A stretch of DNA of 60,601 nt, the filler included, from Ionaspis alba (lineage: Eukaryota), in NCBI GenBank assembly GCA_964255285.1. It is 4 parts of 4 records of this genome, joined end to end, with 100 filler letters (N's around TTAATTAATTAA, not from the genome) between each part and the next. Parts side by side here need not be neighbours in the genome. Positions count along the whole stretch, not along the records: positions 15,236 to 30,355 come from CAXUUL010000389.1; positions 30,456 to 45,563 come from CAXUUL010000390.1; 2 more parts are not named here. One strand, given 5' to 3'. The notes below the pieces were generated by a model that had not been told where the DNA came from, made no database searches, and saw nothing but the letters and a program-made list of their open reading frames with translations. The stretch's first letter is position 1, and each line of letters begins with the position of its first letter. Position numbers and translations under genes: made by a program. This document shows positions 23,232 through 37,400 of the stretch, piece by piece.

Positions 23232-24205
23232 TCACTCAACCAAGAACCTCATAAATGCCTCCGCAACCAACACCCCATCCTGCTTGCCCGCCACTCTTCC
23301 CACCGCGTCCTCAAAAACCTCATTACTAAAAATCCTCTGCTCATGCCTCGTAACAAGCAATTCCCTCACAATATCCTCTGTAAACTCCGGATGTCCCTGC
23401 ACCGTCACCACTCTCCCCGGTACGAGCATCCCCTGTACCTCACAAGTCGGCGAATAACCCAACGGAATCACCTCGGGCGGGTATGCATAAACAATATCCT
23501 TGTGCATTTGATGGAGGCGCTATCCCACATATCAGTCAACACTCTTCTCAGTCCCTCGGATTACTAGGAGGAGGCAGGCGCAACAAATTCGAAGGGTTGG
23601 AAAGAATTGAGAGCATACCAATTTCTCCACTCGGAAAACCCTCTTCCCCTCCGCCGTAAGATCCACATCACAGACACTAACTTCCCAACCCCGACTATTC
23701 CTCCCGACCTCAACGCCCATTGCGCGGCCGATAATCTGGTGGCCGAAACAGACACCCACGAGGCGCACTCGGTCCTGCTTGAGTACGGATTGGGTATAAG
23801 CAACTAGACGCTCGATCCAGGGCGTATTTTCGAAGCTGGAGTAGCCTGGCGCACAGGGTATTAGCATTTTGCGCCTTTTGCCGTAATGATGTTACGCAGC
23901 AAAGTTGCTTAGCAGGAAGTGAACTTACGACTTCCGGAAATCACAATCCCATCCACCTTCCCCTTTCCTTCTCCCTCCGCATCTTCATCCAAGCTGGGAT
24001 ATTCCTTCCCATTCACCACGTCCCACATGCTGACTTGCAGACTGCCATCCTCCCATCCCAAGCTCTTCGCTGCGGCTTCAAACAGCGCTTTGAAGACGCC
24101 GCCGTAGGAGCCATATTTAGTTTTTGTTTGTGTGAGGGGGGTGTCGCATTCGAGGATGGCGAGGCGGAGGGGGTGCGAGGGTGTGGGTATCGCTGTGGTG
24201 GTGGG
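23232..24205 (-). CDS. Class I glutamine amidotransferase-like protein (YLR126C type); start lost in gap 24206-24305
   Basis: LRLAILECDTP, VDGIVISGS, nucleophile elbow GVCFGHQ, MHKDIV and QGHPEF (Cys-His-Glu triad). Confidence 0.9.
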
Positions 24206-24638
24206 NNNNNNNNNNNNNNNNNNNNNNNNNNNNNNNNNNNNNNNNNNNNNNNNNNNNNNNNNNNNNNNNNNNNNNNNNNNNNNNNNNNNNNNNNNNNNNN
24301 NNNNNCCGTTATCAACGGCTAAAACCGTGTTCCTCCCGCCCGAGGGTGTCCAAGCAAGCTGGGAACCGAAACTCCTTTCCTATAACGCAGAATCAACGCC
24401 GAACTTGCTTAAGCGGAAAGAACGTAAACATGAACGTGGGCAAGAGAAGTGAAGCTGATGCTGAAAGCTAAAAGTGCATGTGGGAGATCCTTGTAAGCTG
24501 ACTGGTGATGATAGGTGTTGAATAAATGGTAAGCAGGTGAGAAGAGGTGGCCAAGACGTGAGATGCTAGATGGTACTCCTACGAAGAGGACAAGGAGGAA
24601 GGAATAAACCAGCTATCAGCCCCAAATTTCGTGGAAGA

Positions 24639-26794
24639 TCAGTCGAAAAACCGGTAAAAGTAATGATTTCCCGTGTTGTTATGATTCGGCGCAACATAAT
24701 AACTCTGATATGGATGCGTTGGCGCGTTAAAATCCGCCGTCCTCATCAATGGATTGACGATTCCCCTTGGAATCTGAGGCGGTGCCGGCGCGGACGGAGC
24801 AGGAGGGAGCGAGGTCATTTGCTGCTGGTACTGGTAGTCCATAGGTGGAGTGTGCAACATGGAAGACATCTGTTGTTGTTGCTGTTGTTGCCGAAGATAG
24901 TCATCGTTCCATCCCCATTTCTTCTTCAGCTCGGGCTTGAGGAAATCGATCTTCCATCCGGTTTCCTTGTGGATTTTTTCGAGGATAGAGATGATTTCTC
25001 GTTGCTCGGTTATGTCGGTGAGACATTCGGCAGCGATGGCGATGCAGCGAAGGGAAGCACTTGCTACACCGCTGCTTCGAATTAGCGAGTGCGCGGTGAT
25101 TAATTTTGTCGGACTTACCGATCTTTGACATGTGCTACAATACCACAGATTTGCCGAGCATGATGGATCTGCAGGTCATACATCTCTTGGACCTCAAGTG
25201 ACATCGTGGGATGGATTTGAGCCAACAAGCAGACTGCAGTATGGTAGAACAAGCGAGCCACAATGCAGGTTCGTTTGACAATCCTGAAATCATTAATTTG
25301 CGCAACATTAAACATAGGAAGGCAACATACCAAACTTCTGGAAATGTGGATTTCGTGGATGTTTGATATGGCTGAAGGATAGCCATAGGTACCATCGTTC
25401 TGGGAATGTTGCTCGCCCACACATCGCAGAGGTTCTTGAGCTTATTCCACTCATCTAACCGATTCTGCAGCCGCAGATTTTGTGCTGCTGGATTCGCGTC
25501 CTGGAATCGGGGTATAGACGCTCTAAAATTGGCAACCTTGGCTGTGATATAGACAATCCTGTACGTCCATGAATCTTCTTGACCAGCTCTGTTGTCCCGA
25601 GTCATGTCCATATTAACACCCCAATCATCGGGTGCCCATGCCACTTGCCAATTGAAATGCAGGCAGCTCAACAACTCCATCCCGACATTCAGCCAAAAGC
25701 ACGCTCCACCAAGTCCCTCCGTTCTTGCACTCCACCCACATTCCTTGATCAGAGCTCGAGCTCCCGCGATGTGGTTCATCCTCTGTAGAGCTCGCTCAGA
25801 CATGATCTCGTAAACATTAAGGATGACTGCTGCAGTTGCACAGATGACCGTCTCTCGATTGGGGTTCTGAAGTGACTTTAACAGTAATCGCGTAGCAGTG
25901 TCGTAGTAGTGCAGAGCCTTGTCCTCGTGAAAAGCTGGATTAACTAAGGTCAAATGGCGAGCGCCGCAAGCAAGGAAAGCGTTCAGAATCATTGGTTCGC
26001 CGAGAGCATGAAAAGGTAATATTTCGGAGAACTATGTGGATTAGGACGACTCTCAAGGCCGACTTTGACGGCAGACTTACATGTTTCTTGTTATCCATGC
26101 TGTCCATCCATAGGCCCACTTCTTCCACAAATACTTGCATAAAAAGCGTTTCTTCAGGCGAAGTCAGACAATCCCGAACTTCCTCCTGAGCTTGCAAAGT
26201 TTGGTCAGAGCTGGCGTAGGAAATCTGTGACCCTGAGTGCATGGTATGCCCTGAATAGGTAGAGTCGGTGCTTGAGCGATGCCCGTGGTGAGAGTGGGAT
26301 TCTCGTCCTGGATCTTGCCTTCCTTGAGAAGAATCGGAAAAGTTGGAGCCACTGCCTGGTTGAGCGGGCTGTATAGGTGGTAGCTGCTGGTGAGCCATCA
26401 TGGGCGCATTGAGCATACTCGAGGACGTATCTGGCGGTGCTTCGTTCTTCCCTGCTTCCATGGCTTCATCCTCTATTGCGGCATATCGGCCTGCGCCTCC
26501 TTTGTACTCGGATGCAATTTCACGCGATTCATCTTGGAAGCCGACGTTCCAATCAGCGGTCGGTGGAATGATTTGTGGATCCTTGACTTGGGTATCGATG
26601 AAGTTGAGCCGCACTCCACGCTTGCATTGTCTGTTGGATTTACGACAATTCTGACAATTCGGCAAACCTTCGTCGCACTTGAGATGTCGTTCTCGACACG
26701 TCAAGCAGCCTGTGCGTACTCTTTTGGGTTTCGAAACTCCGGCATTGGTACTATCGGCAGGTGGGGTGGTCTTTGCATTCTCGGATACAGCCAT
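24639..26794 (-). CDS. Zn(II)2Cys6 transcription factor with a Fungal_trans_2-type domain; 3 introns; first in-frame ATG at 26794, true start may be further upstream
   Basis: [63 protein letters not shown]; introns splice in frame through to ...YFYRFFD*. Confidence 0.92.
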
Positions 26795-28732
26795 TGACTT
26801 GCCGCTTCCCTTTTTGGAGGAAGCCGTTTTCTTTGACCCACCTTCGGTTGTCTTCACCTGCGTTCCCAACTTTGGACTCGAGCCTCCACTTTGGTCACCA
26901 GGACTCGACTCTGGCTGGAATTGATCGCCAAGTGTCGTCGCATCAGAAGTGGTCGAATTGGAATATGGCGATGGTTGACGGGGAGGATCCAGAAAGGCAA
27001 CCTCGAAGGTGTTGGGGTAATACGACGATTCGACGGCGGGAGCCAGAATGACGACTGGGAAAGGTTGGTGATGTTGGAGGGAGACGAGGATTGAGTACCA
27101 AGCAAAACACTGGTCGAGCTTGCGACTTCAGCTGGTTGACTCAGCTCCAAGCTCTAAGATATCAGATTGCGACGGCCGATTGGGAGGAATGCGACGTTGC
27201 AAGGACGGGCGAAGGAAGTGATGACGAGAAGAGTTGGGCTAGAGAGATAGCTGTGGAGCTGAGTGAGTTTGGTCTTTGGCGATTATTCGTAGGAAGATAT
27301 AGATAAAGCCTCAATCTTCGAAGGGGTTTTTGGTGGGGGTTTGGACGAAGATTTCAATGGTATAGAATATGGACTTCGGACGGGAATTGAGCGTAACTGA
27401 TTGATGAATATTTTGGTTCTTCCTTAGAGATAGATCGAATCCAACCTGTATACATACAAGATAGCAGAAGCAGGAAGAGGGAGGATTAGGAAGAAGAAGC
27501 AGGCAACGGTCGTTCTCCCTTTGGACAGGATAATTCTTGTAGGGTACCGGTTCACTGGGCCCCTCCCTCGGCCTGGGATGGAAGAGTGGGTGTGTGGACG
27601 AAGAGAGGACGGGTAACTTGACCCGAGGGCGTCAAAGTCTAATGAAGCAGCCGACGGTTTAGTGCAATCGGCATCCGGGATGAGCTGTGCGATGATTCGC
27701 TCTCCCGCAATTATGCAGAGATCCTGCCGTCAATAGTCACCTCTTTCGTCTTGAGTTGCTTGAAGGATGAACCACAGTAGTAGTTGAAGCCAAAGGATGG
27801 GATAGCAATAATGTTCGAGGCCAATAACGATGAGCTTGTAAGTGACATTCATTGCCAATGATGATCATGATGATGATACAGGATTGCGATGACGGAGGTG
27901 CAATATGTCGTGGGAAAATCGAGTAGACTTTTGGCCGTTGTTCCACTCATTCGATTGATTTGATTGATGCACAACAGCCACAAGGGAAAAAATGGCGGTA
28001 GATCGGCGTCTTCCGGAAGTGGATTTAGCCGAAGCCACGTCGCGTCCACCGACCCTGAACGGTCAAATGGGTGAGTGAAACCGACGTTGTGCATAAGCGA
28101 TGCATGACGCATCTCTTCCTCTTTCCTTCGACGGCTCCTTCGATAGCGCCTCCATCGCCTGGACGAGGATGCACACCCGAGTACTGTAATAATGCACATC
28201 TTGCCCCTGAACTTGGGATCATCATACAACGACCGACGATCTACTGCCAGATCCAAGAGCCTCAAATCTGCCGGCTTCTCTACCCCTTGCTTTCCCGTCA
28301 GCTGCTGCCGTTCTTGTACGAGTACGCGTTGCTTGTACCTGAATGCTTCGGCTCGGCGTAGATGGTGGTGGGGTTGTGTGACACGAAAGACCTCAATGCC
28401 GCTCTTGGTGTTCTGACGATCTGTTATTGGAAAGGGAGAGAAGAACCAGATCAAGAGAGGCGTGGTAATAGGAAATCAAGTCGGCAGCTGAAGAGCCTGT
28501 ATGGGAAACAAAAATCTTACTATTCTACGAAGAAAATATGAATGGTTGGATCTTTACCGTTGGAATCGTTATTCAAGATTACCTCCAAGTTCCATACTTC
28601 GATTGAAAGATATACTTTCTCCAATGTCATACCAATAACTCGCTCGCACAACATATCACTATTGCCAATCGTTTTGTGCTTCTCGTATTCAGAATCAGTT
28701 CCATCTTCGATTCTTGCTCTGGAGGAGTCAAT

Positions 28733-30232
28733 ATGCCGGCAGAGCGTCTACCTCCAGCACAACCCACCTATGTGCTGAGAGGACACGCTGCCCAAGTGCA
28801 CGCCTTGCATTTCACCCACGATAACAGCCGACTCTTTACTGGAGACGCCGACGGCTGGATTGTCTTATGGAACCTGGCTTACAAACGACCTGCAGCTGTA
28901 TGGAAAGCTCATGAGAATGCCGTGCTGGGTATAGCTAGCTGGGGAGCGGATCGTACTATCACGTATGATCTTGAATACATCTGTCGACATCTATCTATTG
29001 CTAAGTGTAGTCCATAGACACGGACGTGATCACAGACTTATCGCTTGGAATTTGAGTGTTGCGGATGAAAGCACTCTCGATAAAATCCTGCCAGTTAATC
29101 AGTCCGGACAGACTCCCCCAAAGCCTGAAATTCTCTATACCCTTGACGTCAATACCTTGAATTTTTGCTCTTTCGCTTGGTGCTGGGATACTTCTACAAG
29201 CTCACCATCATCGGAAGAGGTGGCGTTGAGTGAACAAGCCTCGCTGATACCTGCACCTATTCTCGTCTCTGTACCCAACGTCCCTGACTCAGATGGTGTA
29301 TGAACTCGGAACACTATAGCGATCAAGGTGTTACCTACTGATGATCTTAGATTGACATCTTTCAACTACCGCCGCAGAAACGTCAAAGCACAGTGCCTGC
29401 GAACAAGAACATCAAAACCGGTATGATAGAATACGAAAATGAGCTCATCAGCTCGAGAAGAATAGCTGACCAGTATTGGTGATATCATAGGCATGGTGAT
29501 GGCGCTCAATATACGTTATGAGAAAGATCGATTGGAAGTGGTAGCCGGATATGAAAGTGGGCATACAATGGTCTTCGCACAAGAAAAGCCAGGAACCCAA
29601 TGGCAGAAGTTATACTCAGCTCAACCACATTCGCAACCGGGTATTTCTGCTCTCGAACTCTTCAACCGTGAGACTGCTAAGACTACCTAGTTCTCTCACT
29701 CTCAGTCTCTCCATCTCTTGAATTCTACCTTACGTCGTCGGCGGACTCGATCCTTGCCAAGCATCCCCTCCCTTCTATGGCTGCTGCCCCGGACCTAGAA
29801 GCAAAGCCTCTGAAATTGCTTTCCACAAAACATTCCGGACAGCAAGGTCTCCGCATCAGAGGAGACAATAAAGTCTTCGCCACAGCAGGCTGGGACGCAC
29901 GAGTTCGCGTCTACTCTGTCAAAACCATGAAAGAGCTGGCCGTCCTGAAATGGCACAAGGAAGGATGCTATGCCACAGCATTCGCAAATATCTCAGATCC
30001 AGCTGCCACTACTACGGCAGGACCAACAGATTCGGAAAGTGGCACAAGCTCAGGAGAAACTCCCGACAACATGGCAGTGGTTTCGTCAAGACCTTCACCG
30101 ACCACAGATCTAGCTCTCCTCCGCTCATCAACAGCTACCGTCTCCGAACAACGCGAACAGAAAGCCAAATCAACCCACTGGCTAGCCGTTGGCTCCAAAG
30201 ACGGCAAGATCTCTCTCTGGGACATCTACTAG
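28733..30232 (+). CDS. ASA1: ASTRA-associated WD40 protein Asa1; 4 introns
   Basis: PAQPTYVLRGH, GDADGW, VNTLNFCSF, AGYESG, TKHSGQQGL, ATAGWDARVRVYS, KWHKEG, HWLAVGSKDGKISLWDIY. Confidence 0.92.
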
Positions 30233-30355
30233 CCCAAGATCCCCCAATCCCCGAGAGATAATCATCCAATATTAAACTCACTCGCCCCACCCATCTGCAT
30301 CTCCATCGCCTTCCTCATCCTCCTCGCCGCATCTCTTCCATCCACCACCCCCTCC

Positions 30356-30455
30356 NNNNNNNNNNNNNNNNNNNNNNNNNNNNNNNNNNNNNNNNNNNNT
30401 TAATTAATTAANNNNNNNNNNNNNNNNNNNNNNNNNNNNNNNNNNNNNNNNNNNN
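30356..30455. other. Artificial scaffold spacer (44 N + TTAATTAATTAA + 44 N)
   Basis: 12-mer at 30400-30411. Confidence 0.97.
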
Positions 30456-33400
30456 GCTGGTGGACGATCGGTCGTCAAAAGAACTGTAGAGAAATATGAA
30501 GTGGAAGAGGAAAGAATGGGAAGAGCTGGATACGGTGGTGAGGGAGGAGTGGGAACCTGTTGCGTATGAGAGTTGCGCAGTTAGTTCTGTTGTTCTATGA
30601 TGCTGTTGAAAAGCTGTTGGCTTTGAACTGTTTTTGTTGTCGTTCATCGATTCTTGCCTGAGCAAAGCCTCAGCCTTAGTTGGCCTAGACCTTCTAGAAC
30701 GTCATCGACAGCCACTTCAGCTCGGAAGGATCGCGCTAGCACTAACTAGATTCAATGTCATGCTTCAAGAAAGTGTTGCTGTCCAATTCGAAGTATCTGA
30801 GGGTATAGATACTTCGAAATATAAAACCAGTGATAGTAGGATATCTCTACAGGCAGTTGATACTCCATGGGTGGGACATTTCACATTGCTATGAATCACA
30901 ATCCTTCTATATTAAGTAGGAGACCTATGCTTGAGGAAAGAACGATTGCCTTCCTGATTGTCGCTCTATTGTATGCACTATACAAAGCTCAGGAGGTTCT
31001 CTGGTGATCACTGATTATTTCATGCGTGGGAGGACTGAGGTTCATTTCGTGATCTGATCCTCCCAGCCGAGATTATTGAGCATTTTACCCCTGACGAGCA
31101 GAAGAGGTGACTGAAGTTACTAGAACACAGGCTCCATGTTGTGATTTATGGATGGGCTATGCGTTACCTACTCGTCTATGCTCAACCCCAAACCAACATG
31201 TACTTTCCTATCATTGGTGGTGACAACGGTGCAGGTTACAAAAGCAGCATACAGAATGTCTTTCCAGGCTTCGAGGCTGGCTTAAGGTTGTTCAATTTTG
31301 ACAATTACTGCATGTCCGTGGAGTGTACGAGCAACTCGGAAGTCACCGGGGCAGCAGTAGTGGCATGATTACACAGGTACGAACTGGAAGGGACGCCACT
31401 CGCGATTTGTTGATAACATATTCATGAAGCAAGAGTAATTCCTCCAAGCCATTTCCACCTTCTGTGGATGACGCAGAATCATCTGCCATCAGCTCTTCAT
31501 ACCCGCAACGCTCAGATGGTACATACTGACGTACTGCTACAACCAGATCAGCAAAATCTGAGGTACTTCTCAATTGTTTCCCAAATTCTCCGACTCCACC
31601 CACACCAATAATGTGGCCAACATGCTTCTCCTGCCAGACGATCACGTTTCGCTTCCGCTTCCGCTCCCGTTCCCGCCTTCCGATTCTATTAGCGCAGGCA
31701 AGCCACAATTACACAAGCCACGTGCGTCTCGTCTGAGTTTAGTGTCTATGGCTCCTATGGCTTCGCCTTACAATGTGCCTGGTAGAATATAGGATGAAAC
31801 AGTGCCTGGACAAGCTCAACGTCATCATCGTTTCCCATCCCATGTGGCACAACTAGGCCGCGCGGCCCTTGGCGACGCTGTGAAACAAACGCAAGCCGGA
31901 GAATTCTCCAGAACTTCGCTCTCGGTCCGAAGCATGTCAATGCTAAATTATGTATGCGATTAGGTCCCTTGCAGGAAATTTCAAAAGTAAGAGCTGTAAC
32001 TAGTGACTATTGGACGCGCAGCTGGAAACCTCTGGGACACGAGAATGATCGTGACCCGTGATTGCCATATGGTCTGGTGGGAGAAACCTACGAACTATCA
32101 GGCCCTGTACCATGATTAGCTTTCATTCTTGATCGCTAGCTATATAAGTACTCATGTCCGACCGTTGTGACCATAGAGCAGAGGACCGCTAGGAGCACAT
32201 GCAGTCTTTTGAATGTAAGCCACTATGCAAAAAGATGTAGGTAAGCGAGGGATGTTCAGCAAGCCACTGTTTGAAAGTTTCTGCAGTGGCGGGAAAATGC
32301 ATGAAAAGAATGCAGACTCGAGAACGTTCCGAAAGCGAAATGCAAGGGGCCAGTAAATCGGGGAAAGAAATTCGAGAACGATTTACGCACCAACATCTCA
32401 GCATGAAAGCACTGAAGGCGAGCGCCTCCGAGTTGGGGCCTCGACGAGTTTTCACCCGGAAAAGAGCTGACGAAGATCTGTCTCGACTTCATGATAAGGA
32501 AAAGGGGTATTGGCGGTTATATAATGGCCTAGTTCTTGTGGTACAAAAGCTGTTGGGGGTGGGGGAGGCTCGAGCCCTATGCAAGGCTAAGCGAGAATGC
32601 GCTAATGCGGCAGTTGGAGAGCGTAGTGGCAAGTTACACAACAAGATGAGGTACACGGGCAGAAGACGAGGTACTCAAGAGGACGAGATACACAAGAAGA
32701 CAATTGGTACCAGCAAAGACTTAGAATGTGTCGTCGACGTTCGTTATTCTCGCGAAATGATTGGTTCCTCGGGGCTCCAAGGTTGTACAACATTACCGAC
32801 AAGCGAAAGTGCTGCACAGCTGGCTCGGTGGTACCGGGTGGTACTGGGTGGACACAGTAAGAACGTGAGGGCCGCCACCTGAGAGAACTATTGAACTCTG
32901 TGATAAGTCTCCGACACGGGAGTAAGACTGTTTCTAAGCTGCATGTTCGCTTCAGTCACCCACATGCTCAGGGGAAACTCTGTCCCCCAAAATACTTAGG
33001 CATTGGCTCTGCTATTACCTATCAGTAATATAAATCTCTTCACCAAATCCTGGCTTCATAAAGCATCTTGTAAATGGAGCCTCAAGCTGGCCAGTGCTCA
33101 GAAACGCGCACATGGCTTGCTCGTTATTGCACGGATGATCCCCAGAGCGTCGATTACTTGGCGTCGCATAGCCGGCGCCAGTCGAGTCCACGAACCAGAC
33201 CGTATAGAGAAACAATAACGATGATAACGAATGTGGCGACATGTACGCTTTGATCGTGTTAGAGCGTCTCACAGTTGGACTTGGAGTATTCCGATGGCCA
33301 GTAGTACTTCTTACGTCGTGCCGACATACACAGACACGAGAACAGAAGAGTAGAAAGTCTATCCAAGGCTTGTCAGCCAATCATGGTGGGAATAATAAGG

Positions 33401-34401
33401 CCTTTTCGACTCTCCGATGCATTGTTATGTGCGTCTGTACCTGTAGTACATAGAGCTTGACAAGTCGGTGCGCCCCCATGGCTAACTCTTCATGATGCAG
33501 CTGCCACGAGGTCAAGGCGTGTGGGATAATTTGCGCTGGATCGAAAGGGATGTGTGTTACGGTACTAGGACCACTGCCATCGTGGCGATCAGGGATAGAG
33601 GCTAGACGTTGTCATAGCCGACAGAGTTCGGACGATGGTTTTTCTATTATTATTGTGGTATGGTGTTTCCTTGTCCATGTCTAAGCATAATAGGAAGGGA
33701 GTGAGAACACAGGCGAAGATTATCTTCTACTACTACTGCGAACTCGATCCCTCGCTTCATATGCCCCGAGCTACTAGGATAGATCCAGCTACTCCAATGC
33801 TCCTCGCAGACCACCACCACCACCCCCCCGCCGCTCGGACCTCACCTTTTACCCAAGGAGGCCACGAAAGGATGTAGGCCTTTACGCGTGCCTGTCAAAC
33901 ATTGACAATATCACTGCAAATTCGACAATCTCTACGAGTGCATCCGAGTTGCAGCTTCGGCCTGATTCATGATCGAATCGGTAGTGCTGGATTTCTGGAG
34001 CACCGTCGCCTCCATCTGCAGCTAGTCCGATCCCAACCTGAGCGGAGAGCATCGATTACAATCCTCCTCGAGACTGGGCGTATCCAGCCTGCCAGAATTC
34101 CTGTCCATTCCCTCATCCCCTATTCGGTAGCCTTGGCCCCCATGTCGTTTTATCTTTGAGCTCGCTCCGTCGTTCCAGAAGTACCGGTCAAGGGTCCATA
34201 TCCGCAGCTCTACGGAATTCTGATTCAGTGTGTTGCGTGTTAGGTGCCCACTGCGCTTGACGTGTATACTATATTATGCCTTTGTCGCGGACCTGTCATG
34301 GAGACCACAAGATCGGAGGATTGCTACAGCTGTACAATACTTGAGAGCACGCGACATTGTTTGGGAAGACGGCCTTCTGCGAAACCCCGATATCTACGAT
34401 C

Positions 34402-37400
34402 ATGAGTCCGCAATCATCTGCTAAGAAGTCCGTCCAGCAGGTGAAGAACGAAAAAGCGGTAAAAAGTGCTCCGTCATCAATCTCCGATGTCTCCCAGCCA
34501 GATACCGAGTCTACGCGAGGGAGACCACAGGATCGCGAGGGTAGCGATGACGGTAGACGAGAGGACATCAGTGGAGACGACAATGATGAACATGCTTCGA
34601 AAGCTGGAAATGGACAACACAGGAAAAGGAAGCGGAGTAGGAAGGGATTGGATAAAAAATATCATTGTCCTCATGATGGGTGCGGAAAGAGTTATTCTCG
34701 AGCGGAGCATCTTTATCGGCATCAATTGAATCGTAAGTGTCTCAATTGCCGACAGGATCCGGTCTTATGCTGATTCTCGGGGGGGTTGATAGATACGCCA
34801 AAGGAGATTTACCATTGTGACTTTCCTGATTGCCAACGACTTTTTGTCAGACAAGACCTCCGTGCTCGGCATAGAGAAAGGCATACTGCCAGAGGATCTC
34901 ATTTACAAAGGAAGGACAATTATCTGCAGAGTGTAGATACTACTTCAGGGCAGATATTTCCTGGTCCAATCCGGCTGGAGCAGGCAAACTCACATTTCCA
35001 ATCTATCCACAACCAAAACAGCCCATCAGCCATGAACAGTGTACCATTTTTACCACCTCCACCTTTAGAGATTCCGTCTTCATCGAACCGTGCGGTCATG
35101 CCTGCCCCTCTGGCTCTTTCGAACCACAACCGATCCGCGAGTTCCACACCTGTGGGCGATCACTACAGGTCACCGCAATCATATCAATCTCCTTCGAGTA
35201 GCACGACTTACAACCCTTTGGCGAACCTCAATCGTTCCAATAGTGAAGGCCAAAGATACAGCGATTCGCCCGCCAGCGGTTCGTCGACATTCGACACCAC
35301 TCAGAGGCATTCAAGTTTCGGTTCGCTCAATTCCGCAAGATTGCAAAATCCCGCAAACAATAGTCCGCACCTAATCCGATCGTCGGGAACATCCTCCACA
35401 AGCCCTACACAATTCCGAGCCGCCCCGACATCCTACGCACAATCCCCGTCTCAGACCTTATCCGCGCGGACGAACTCGAGACATGACAGCGGCAATGGCC
35501 AATTACTGCCGCTTACGCAATTCCCGCCAATGACGACTGCTTCGCCATCTATGTATCCTTATATGCCTCAGCATGCTGATGCCTTCAACGCTCAGTATCT
35601 TCCCTCGTCCTCGAACACACTCTTCCAAAGATCTCCAGAAGAAGAAATGCCTAACGCAGACTCCCCGACCGGAGAAGGGTCCTTCCCTATCTTTGGTGGA
35701 GACCCTACACCCATTGCCATGGGAGATGAGTTCACTGCCTGGCTCTTCAACGAATCTCAAATTAACAGGATGTCACCCGTTGGCCATCAACAACCTCTAA
35801 GCTCCCTTGAAGCTGGTTCCTTTATGGAAATGTCTACCCATGGACCACCTAGCGGCATACCCGTACCGCCGTTACCGCCCCAACACTCGATGGCCGTCAC
35901 AAGTATTCTTGATCCTGCTCTGCCACAACAGGTTCTCTCGGAAAGGAAACGCAACGAACTACTCGACATCATCAGGATGAGGTTCAATGAGAAGAACCAT
36001 GCTCCTGTGAAACAGCAAAAGCAAGTACTGCTTTCGGGGAATCAGAACGATGAGAACCATGTGTTGAGTCTACGATCTCTACAGACTTACATCGGATCGT
36101 ATTGGTATCATTTCCATCCACAGATGCCAATCTTGCACAAGCCAACATTCTCCGCTGATCGGTCACAAAACCTATTACTTATCGCGGTGATTGCCATTGG
36201 TGCGGCATGTCTCGACAAAGTCCACGGTCAGAGATTCACCAATGACGCTGCAGAACTTGCGACATTTTTGGCATGGCATCTGCGAGGAGAGATCTTTACG
36301 GATGCCGACTTCCGTCCACCTGCAAAGTTATGGGTCTTCCAAGCACTTCTACTTTTGGAAGTGTATGAGAAGATGTATGCTACTCGAGTTCTTCACGTGC
36401 GGGCACACATCCACCACGCAACCACCTTGACGCTCATGCGGAGAGGTAGCTCTTTGAGAGGTCGGTCCGCAATGGATTCGCCGCCGAGCATCAAAGAAGA
36501 CAGCAAATCCAACAAATCGGGCGAGTCACCTCACGCTATAGCTGATACTCCCGATCAATGGTGGAATCATTGGATCACGAATGAAGCTACCCGAAGAGTG
36601 GCTTTCGCGGCATTCATCATTGATTCCACACATGCGACCATGTTCGGTCATGCCGCCACCATGGTCGCACACGAGATGCGCCTGCCATTACCGTGCGACG
36701 AATCTCTATGGTCAGCAACGAGCGGAGTGGAAGTTGGTAGACTCGAAGCCAGTCTTCAGCCAGGATCAAAACCCATCTACTTCCTCGAAGGTCTGAAGAG
36801 AATCCTGAGCCAAAAGTCTGTGCGGACCAACTCCTTCGGTCGGACTGCTCTGATGGCCGGCCTGCTTAGCGTGAGCTGGCATATGCACCAGCGAGACATG
36901 CAAGTGAGGTCGCTGGGCGTACTTGGTGGCAAAGATGTATGGCGAGGCACTCTGAGGCAAGCATTCGACTACTGGGAGGATGATTTCGATTCGACTGGTG
37001 CCAAAGACAGCAGAGGACATTTGTCGCCAACTTATTACGCTCCGCCCAGCAGGATGGAAGCCGAAAACATGTTCGAGAGCAGGATTGTCCTGCACCATCT
37101 TGCGCATATGGCTATGCATGTCGATATCGTGCAATGCCAGATCTTCGCCAAGGCTACCCGTCTCCTTGGTCGGACTATCACTCCTCCGGATTACAATACT
37201 GCGCAGAAGAATATCAAGGAGATTTGGGCTCCCAAGGCCAGTGCTCGAGACGCTACTTTCTTTGCTCTGAAGTTCTTGTCCCGGGTTCTGATGCCCGATC
37301 TCTGCCCTGCAGCACACGGCTCTCAAGCCATCATGGGAATGAGCAGCGATGGTGATTACAGCGCTCGGGACGACTTCCTCCTCAACCGACCCTGGGTACT

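Noticed and set aside
32271..32882. 203-aa ORF in the gene-poor region
   Set aside because: TTG start, no recognisable domain, composition typical of purine-rich non-coding DNA.
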